In this document: positions 7,466 through 10,543 of the stretch, piece after piece
Position numbering within the stretch: position 1 is the stretch's first letter
How the letters are laid out: the number at the start of each line of letters is the position of its first letter
Source: a virus
Lineage: Duplodnaviria; Heunggongvirae; Uroviricota; Caudoviricetes
Direction: 5' to 3' (one strand)
Length of the DNA: 10,543 nt
Virus record (IMG/VR): IMGVR_UViG_2690316231_000017
Coordinates: 1 to 10,543 of that record
Made by a program: the position numbers and the translations under genes
The notes under the pieces: generated by a model
What the model was told of the DNA's origin: nothing
What the model saw: only the letters and a program-made list of their open reading frames with translations
Databases searched by the model: none

Positions 7466-7629
7466 TTGTTCCCCCGTTTTTTCGTAGATAGTTCTGCCAG
7501 CAATTCATCTTGTGAACGGCACGGATGCCAGCGTTTACCATCCTCCCCCATGATCCAGCCGTGACCGTAATGCATTGCCGGGCTTTGTTTAACCAGCAGC
7601 GATGCAAATGATGGTTCTTTCGTCAGCAT
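7429..7629 (-). CDS. Hypothetical small protein (66 aa); positionally analogous to the post-cII small genes of phage 186
   Basis: Start refined from the ORF-track 7659 to the ATG at 7629, which has a GAGGTG Shine-Dalgarno overlapping the cII-like stop codon (TGA at 7637-7639). Identity not established. Confidence 0.45.
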   Translation of the reverse strand: MLTKEPSFASLLVKQSPAMHYGHGWIMGEDGKRWHPCRSQDELLAELSTKKRGNKWLLKALRRLFH

Positions 7630-7636
7630 AAGCACC

Positions 7637-8146
7637 TCACAGCAAACCAAATGAAGCACCGAGGCCAGTCACGGTATCAACTGCACTCGCCATCGCAGGA
7701 TTAGCCTGTAAACGGGCCTGCAATGAAACAGCCGCCAGCGCCATCAGTCGTGTTACAGAGTTAATGCTACTGATAGCATCACGACGACCGGCACAGGTTT
7801 TTACATCGCCAGACACCGCACCTGCAGCAACACGCCCGATCTCTGCGGTTGCACTCATGACGTAATGTGGCAGTTTCTCTTTTGCCACCTCATTAATCGG
7901 TACACATGGCAGACAATGAATCTGTGCCAGAAAACCATCTACCAGCGTTGAATCTTCAGTCAGATCGGTAAGCAGCCAGATTTCTGGTGCGGTTAATAAA
8001 TGAGGCTGAGCTGGGTTCAGCTTGTTCCGCAGAATCTGCACATTCATGCCTGCACGTTCTGCCAGTTGCACCAGATTGTGGCGCAGTGCAAATGCACGAC
8101 AGGCTTCATCAAAATGTGGATGTTTGGAAACTTGGTAATCAAACAT
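7637..8146 (-). CDS. cII: Phage 186 CII-like transcriptional regulator (169 aa)
   Basis: The ORF-track start is a TTG; the ATG two codons in (8146) gives a 169-aa protein, the length I recall for 186 CII. It sits immediately downstream of the excisionase-like gene, as in 186 (apl-cII). AGAGG Shine-Dalgarno about 8 nt upstream. Assignment rests on position, size and recollection, not on an alignment. Confidence 0.6.
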   Translation of the reverse strand: MFDYQVSKHPHFDEACRAFALRHNLVQLAERAGMNVQILRNKLNPAQPHLLTAPEIWLLTDLTEDSTLVDGFLAQIHCLPCVPINEVAKEKLPHYVMSATAEIGRVAAGAVSGDVKTCAGRRDAISSINSVTRLMALAAVSLQARLQANPAMASAVDTVTGLGASFGLL

Positions 8147-8178
8147 GGTCAATGCCTCTGATGTATTTCAGAATCGAA

Positions 8179-8400
8179 CTAATTAAGGTTTAGATTGCAT
8201 TCTGAAAGCGCATCAACGGTCATTGCTGCTATGTTGATCATCACTTTTTCGCGTTTTTTATCTTTGCGCAGACGGTGACGGATAAGGCGTCCATCAGCCA
8301 ACATGTCATTGATGGTATCGATGGATAGCCCTGTCAGCTCGCTATAGCGTTCAATAGTCACATGAGGCGTGGTAAGAGTGATTGAAATGTTAGGTCTCAT
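8179..8400 (-). CDS. Apl/Cox-like excisionase / early-promoter regulator (73 aa)
   Basis: First gene of the leftward operon, diverging from the repressor gene. Small basic protein with a helix-turn-helix-like segment ([21 protein letters not shown]). ATG at 8400 with a GAGGA Shine-Dalgarno upstream. Confidence 0.55.
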   Translation of the reverse strand: MRPNISITLTTPHVTIERYSELTGLSIDTINDMLADGRLIRHRLRKDKKREKVMINIAAMTVDALSECNLNLN

Positions 8401-8472
8401 GATGCAACATTCCTCGTTTAATGATGATTAATCAGGACGAATACGGATCGTTTGTATTTTGTGAACACCATA

Positions 8473-8501
8473 AACATACGATCGCACAGTGAAATCGTCA
8501 A
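8473..8501 (-). promoter_or_regulatory. Candidate lytic (pR-like) sigma70 promoter for the apl/cII operon
   Basis: Minus-strand -35 TTGACG (plus 8501..8496), 17-nt spacer, -10 TATGTT (plus 8478..8473); predicted start about 65 nt upstream of the apl-like ATG. The switch region also holds direct repeats ATACGGATCG (8441-8450) and ATACGATCG (8476-8484) and inverted GTGAAC (8461-8466) / GTTCAC (8509-8514) motifs as candidate operators. Confidence 0.4.
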
Positions 8502-8525
8502 GATAAAAGTTCACTTGGAGTGACC

Positions 8526-9095
8526 ATGAATTTGGAGAAAGGCGGACGAGGCGCCATAGAGCGCATGGTAGAAGCTTATGGATTCAAGACTCGACAGGCG
8601 TTGTGCGATCATTTAGGAATCTCTAAAAGTACACTCGCCACACGCTACATGCGTGACTCATTCCCAGCAGAATGGGTAATCCAGTGCGCCCTTGAAACAG
8701 GCACCTCGCTTAATTGGCTCACAACCGGGCATGGTTCAAAGCAAACTTCAGGTAATACAAATACTATGGAAGTTGCTAAATATGTATTATCTGATGGGGC
8801 CTTGTGTGAAGACGGTTTTTATATTTTCGATAGAGAATTTCTACCGTCGGCATTCAAGAATCTTTTTGTAATCACAGATAATAATTCTGAATTTATTTGT
8901 GATAAGGAATTTGATGATATACGTGATGGTAAATGGGTAATAAGTATTGATGGCGAAATAACGATCCGTGACATTACTCGTTTACCCGGTGGAAGAATCT
9001 TCGTCGAGGGTGGAAACAGAGCCTTCGAATGTAAGATAGAAGACATTGAAATAATTGGTAAAATTATAAGTTTAACAGTCAAGTATGTTAAATAG
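8526..9095 (+). CDS. cI: Phage 186 CI-like immunity repressor (189 aa)
   Basis: The ORF-track start at 8520 is a GTG; the ATG at 8526 has a GGAG Shine-Dalgarno 5 nt upstream. N-terminal DNA-binding region (EAYGFKTRQALCDHLGISKSTLATRYMRD...CALETGTSLNWLTTGHG) plus a C-terminal domain. Divergent from the apl-like gene and upstream of int, as in 186. Stop TAG at 9093-9095. Confidence 0.7.
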   Translation: MNLEKGGRGAIERMVEAYGFKTRQALCDHLGISKSTLATRYMRDSFPAEWVIQCALETGTSLNWLTTGHGSKQTSGNTNTMEVAKYVLSDGALCEDGFYIFDREFLPSAFKNLFVITDNNSEFICDKEFDDIRDGKWVISIDGEITIRDITRLPGGRIFVEGGNRAFECKIEDIEIIGKIISLTVKYVK

Positions 9096-9110
9096 TACCG
9101 GGAGGAAATT

Positions 9111-9302
9111 ATGCTTGGTAAGGTATTTTTTGTGGTTTTGTCATGTTCTTTGTTATTAAACCCACTAGCTACCTATGCTAGAAATTATCCCTGCTCAGGG
9201 AAAAAGGGAGGTGTTTCTCACTGTACCTCTGATGGCAAATTCGTTTGCAATGATGGAACTATTAGTAAATCCAAAAAAATCTGTACTAAAAACTCACGAT
9301 AA
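9111..9302 (+). CDS. Small secreted Cys-containing, Lys-rich peptide (63 aa precursor) between cI and int; candidate moron
   Basis: Strong GGAGG Shine-Dalgarno (9101-9105) 5 nt before the ATG at 9111. N-terminal signal-peptide-like sequence ([23 protein letters not shown]) with no lipobox, then an approximately 40-aa mature part with four Cys and many Lys/Gly/Ser. AT-rich. Confidence 0.55.
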   Translation: MLGKVFFVVLSCSLLLNPLATYARNYPCSGKKGGVSHCTSDGKFVCNDGTISKSKKICTKNSR

Positions 9303-9437
9303 CTTTTGCTTTTATATCTGCGCCTAAAATAAAAATGAGCCACAGGTTAACCGCAAAAGTTACATGATCACATAGCAAAAAGAATAGCCTACTTCATTAT
9401 GGCTTCAGTGAGATGTATGGTCGCAGGATTTCATACA

Positions 9438-9466
9438 TTGACACTGGTTATACATACAGTAAAAAT
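9438..9466 (+). promoter_or_regulatory. Candidate sigma70 promoter immediately upstream of int
   Basis: Perfect -35 TTGACA at 9438-9443, 17-nt spacer, -10-like AAAAAT at 9461-9466, followed by a GGAGG Shine-Dalgarno (9477-9481) and the int ATG at 9491. Confidence 0.3.
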
Positions 9467-9490
9467 GCTCTCTATTGGAGGGCATTTTTT

Positions 9491-10543
9491 ATGGCTGTAC
9501 GAAAACTCACCACAGGAAAATGGCTTTGCGAATGTTACCCCGCCGGACGTAGTGGGCGTCGTGTGCGTAAACAATTCGCCACCAAAGGCGAAGCACTGGC
9601 TTTTGAGCGTCACACGATGGAAGAAACCGAAGCAAAGCCCTGGCTAGGTGAATCAGTGGATCGTCGAACACTGAAAGACGTGGTTGAGCTATGGTTCAAA
9701 CTACATGGTAAATCACTGACTGCTGGGCAGCATGTCTATGACAAATTGCTGCTGATGGTTGACGCTCTGGGCAATCCCCCTGCAACTGATCTAACCTCTA
9801 AAATGTTTGCCCACTATCGAGATAAACGCCTGACAGGTGAGATCTACTTCAGCGAGAAATGGAAGAAAGGAGCAAGCCCGGTCACCATTAATCTGGAGCA
9901 AAGCTATCTAAGTAGTGTTTTTAGCGAACTATCCCGCCTGGGCGAATGGTCGTATCCGAACCCACTGGAGAACATGCGAAAATTCACCATCGCAGAAAAA
10001 GAGATGGCATGGCTTACCCATGAGCAGATTGTTGAATTACTGGCTGATTGCAAACGTCAGGACCCAATTCTGGCACTGGTAGTTAAGATATGCTTAAGCA
10101 CAGGCGCACGCTGGCGAGAAGCCGTAAATCTTACTCGTTCACAGGTGACCAAATACCGAATTACCTTTGTAAGAACGAAGGGGAAGAAAAACAGAAGCAT
10201 CCCTATCAGTAAAGAGCTTTACGAAGAGATCATGGCGCTTGATGGGTTCAATTTCTTCACAGACTGCTATTTTCAATTTTTATCCGTGATGGAAAAAACG
10301 TCTATCGTGCTCCCTCGCGGTCAACTCACACACGTTCTGCGCCATACGTTTGCGGCGCACTTCATGATGTCGGGTGGAAACATTCTGGCCTTACAAAAAA
10401 TTCTCGGACACCACGATATAAAAATGACTATGCGTTACGCACATCTGGCACCGGATCATCTGGAAACGGCGCTCCGTTTCAATCCTCTGGCAACGCTGCC
10501 AAGTGGCGACAAAGTGGCGGCAGCGGTTGGCATTACCCCGTAA
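9491..10543 (+). CDS. int: P2-type tyrosine integrase (site-specific recombinase), 350 aa
   Basis: Start refined from the ORF-track 9413 to the ATG at 9491 (MAVRKLTTGKW..), based on resemblance to the P2 Int N-terminus as recalled and on the upstream Shine-Dalgarno. Conserved catalytic blocks LSTGARWREA, HVLRHTFAAHF and MRYAHL (catalytic Tyr). Stop TAA at 10541-10543, so the gene is complete; attP would lie beyond the window. Confidence 0.9.
   Translation: MAVRKLTTGKWLCECYPAGRSGRRVRKQFATKGEALAFERHTMEETEAKPWLGESVDRRTLKDVVELWFKLHGKSLTAGQHVYDKLLLMVDALGNPPATDLTSKMFAHYRDKRLTGEIYFSEKWKKGASPVTINLEQSYLSSVFSELSRLGEWSYPNPLENMRKFTIAEKEMAWLTHEQIVELLADCKRQDPILALVVKICLSTGARWREAVNLTRSQVTKYRITFVRTKGKKNRSIPISKELYEEIMALDGFNFFTDCYFQFLSVMEKTSIVLPRGQLTHVLRHTFAAHFMMSGGNILALQKILGHHDIKMTMRYAHLAPDHLETALRFNPLATLPSGDKVAAAVGITP

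Noticed and set aside
9399-9647. 82-aa plus-strand ORF and the long N-terminal extension of the int ORF (start at 9413)
   Set aside because: Homology to the P2 Int N-terminus, as recalled, begins at the ATG at 9491, which has a Shine-Dalgarno; the upstream extension and the overlapping out-of-frame ORF have no support.
1-10543. CRISPR arrays, tRNA or rRNA genes, IS elements or transposases
   Set aside because: No regularly spaced direct repeats of CRISPR type, no tRNA-like sequence recognised, and no transposase-like ORF or terminal inverted repeats were seen by eye; a systematic scan was not possible.

Overview
This window reads as the early/immunity end of a P2/186-family (Peduovirus-like) prophage, followed by an AT-rich variable cargo region. 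All calls are from reading the sequence and the ORF track by eye; no searches or computations were run. From right to left: a P2-type tyrosine integrase (9491..10543, +), a small signal-peptide-bearing Cys-containing peptide gene (9111..9302, +) and a 186-CI-like repressor (8526..9095, +). Across a ~125-bp switch region lies a minus-strand lytic operon: Apl/Cox-like excisionase, 186-CII-like regulator, three small hypothetical proteins, a TraR/DksA-type zinc-finger protein, a Dam-family N6-adenine methyltransferase and the HUH rolling-circle replication initiator gene A (3331..5745). Downstream of A is a LexA-box-controlled two-gene SOS module (small protein plus DinI-family protein), closed by a perfect 15-bp-arm palindrome (2705..2739). 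Left of that palindrome the sequence becomes visibly AT-rich and carries cargo: a tightly coupled two-gene operon (399-aa soluble protein plus 178-aa four-helix membrane protein, 802..2539, -) that I cannot assign to any family, and a short DUF262/ParB-like (DGQQR motif) ORF at the window edge (61..501, -). This position corresponds to the defence hotspot downstream of gene A in P2-like phages, so the two-gene operon is the best candidate for an undescribed anti-phage or abortive-infection system. No rRNA, tRNA, CRISPR array or transposase was recognised.
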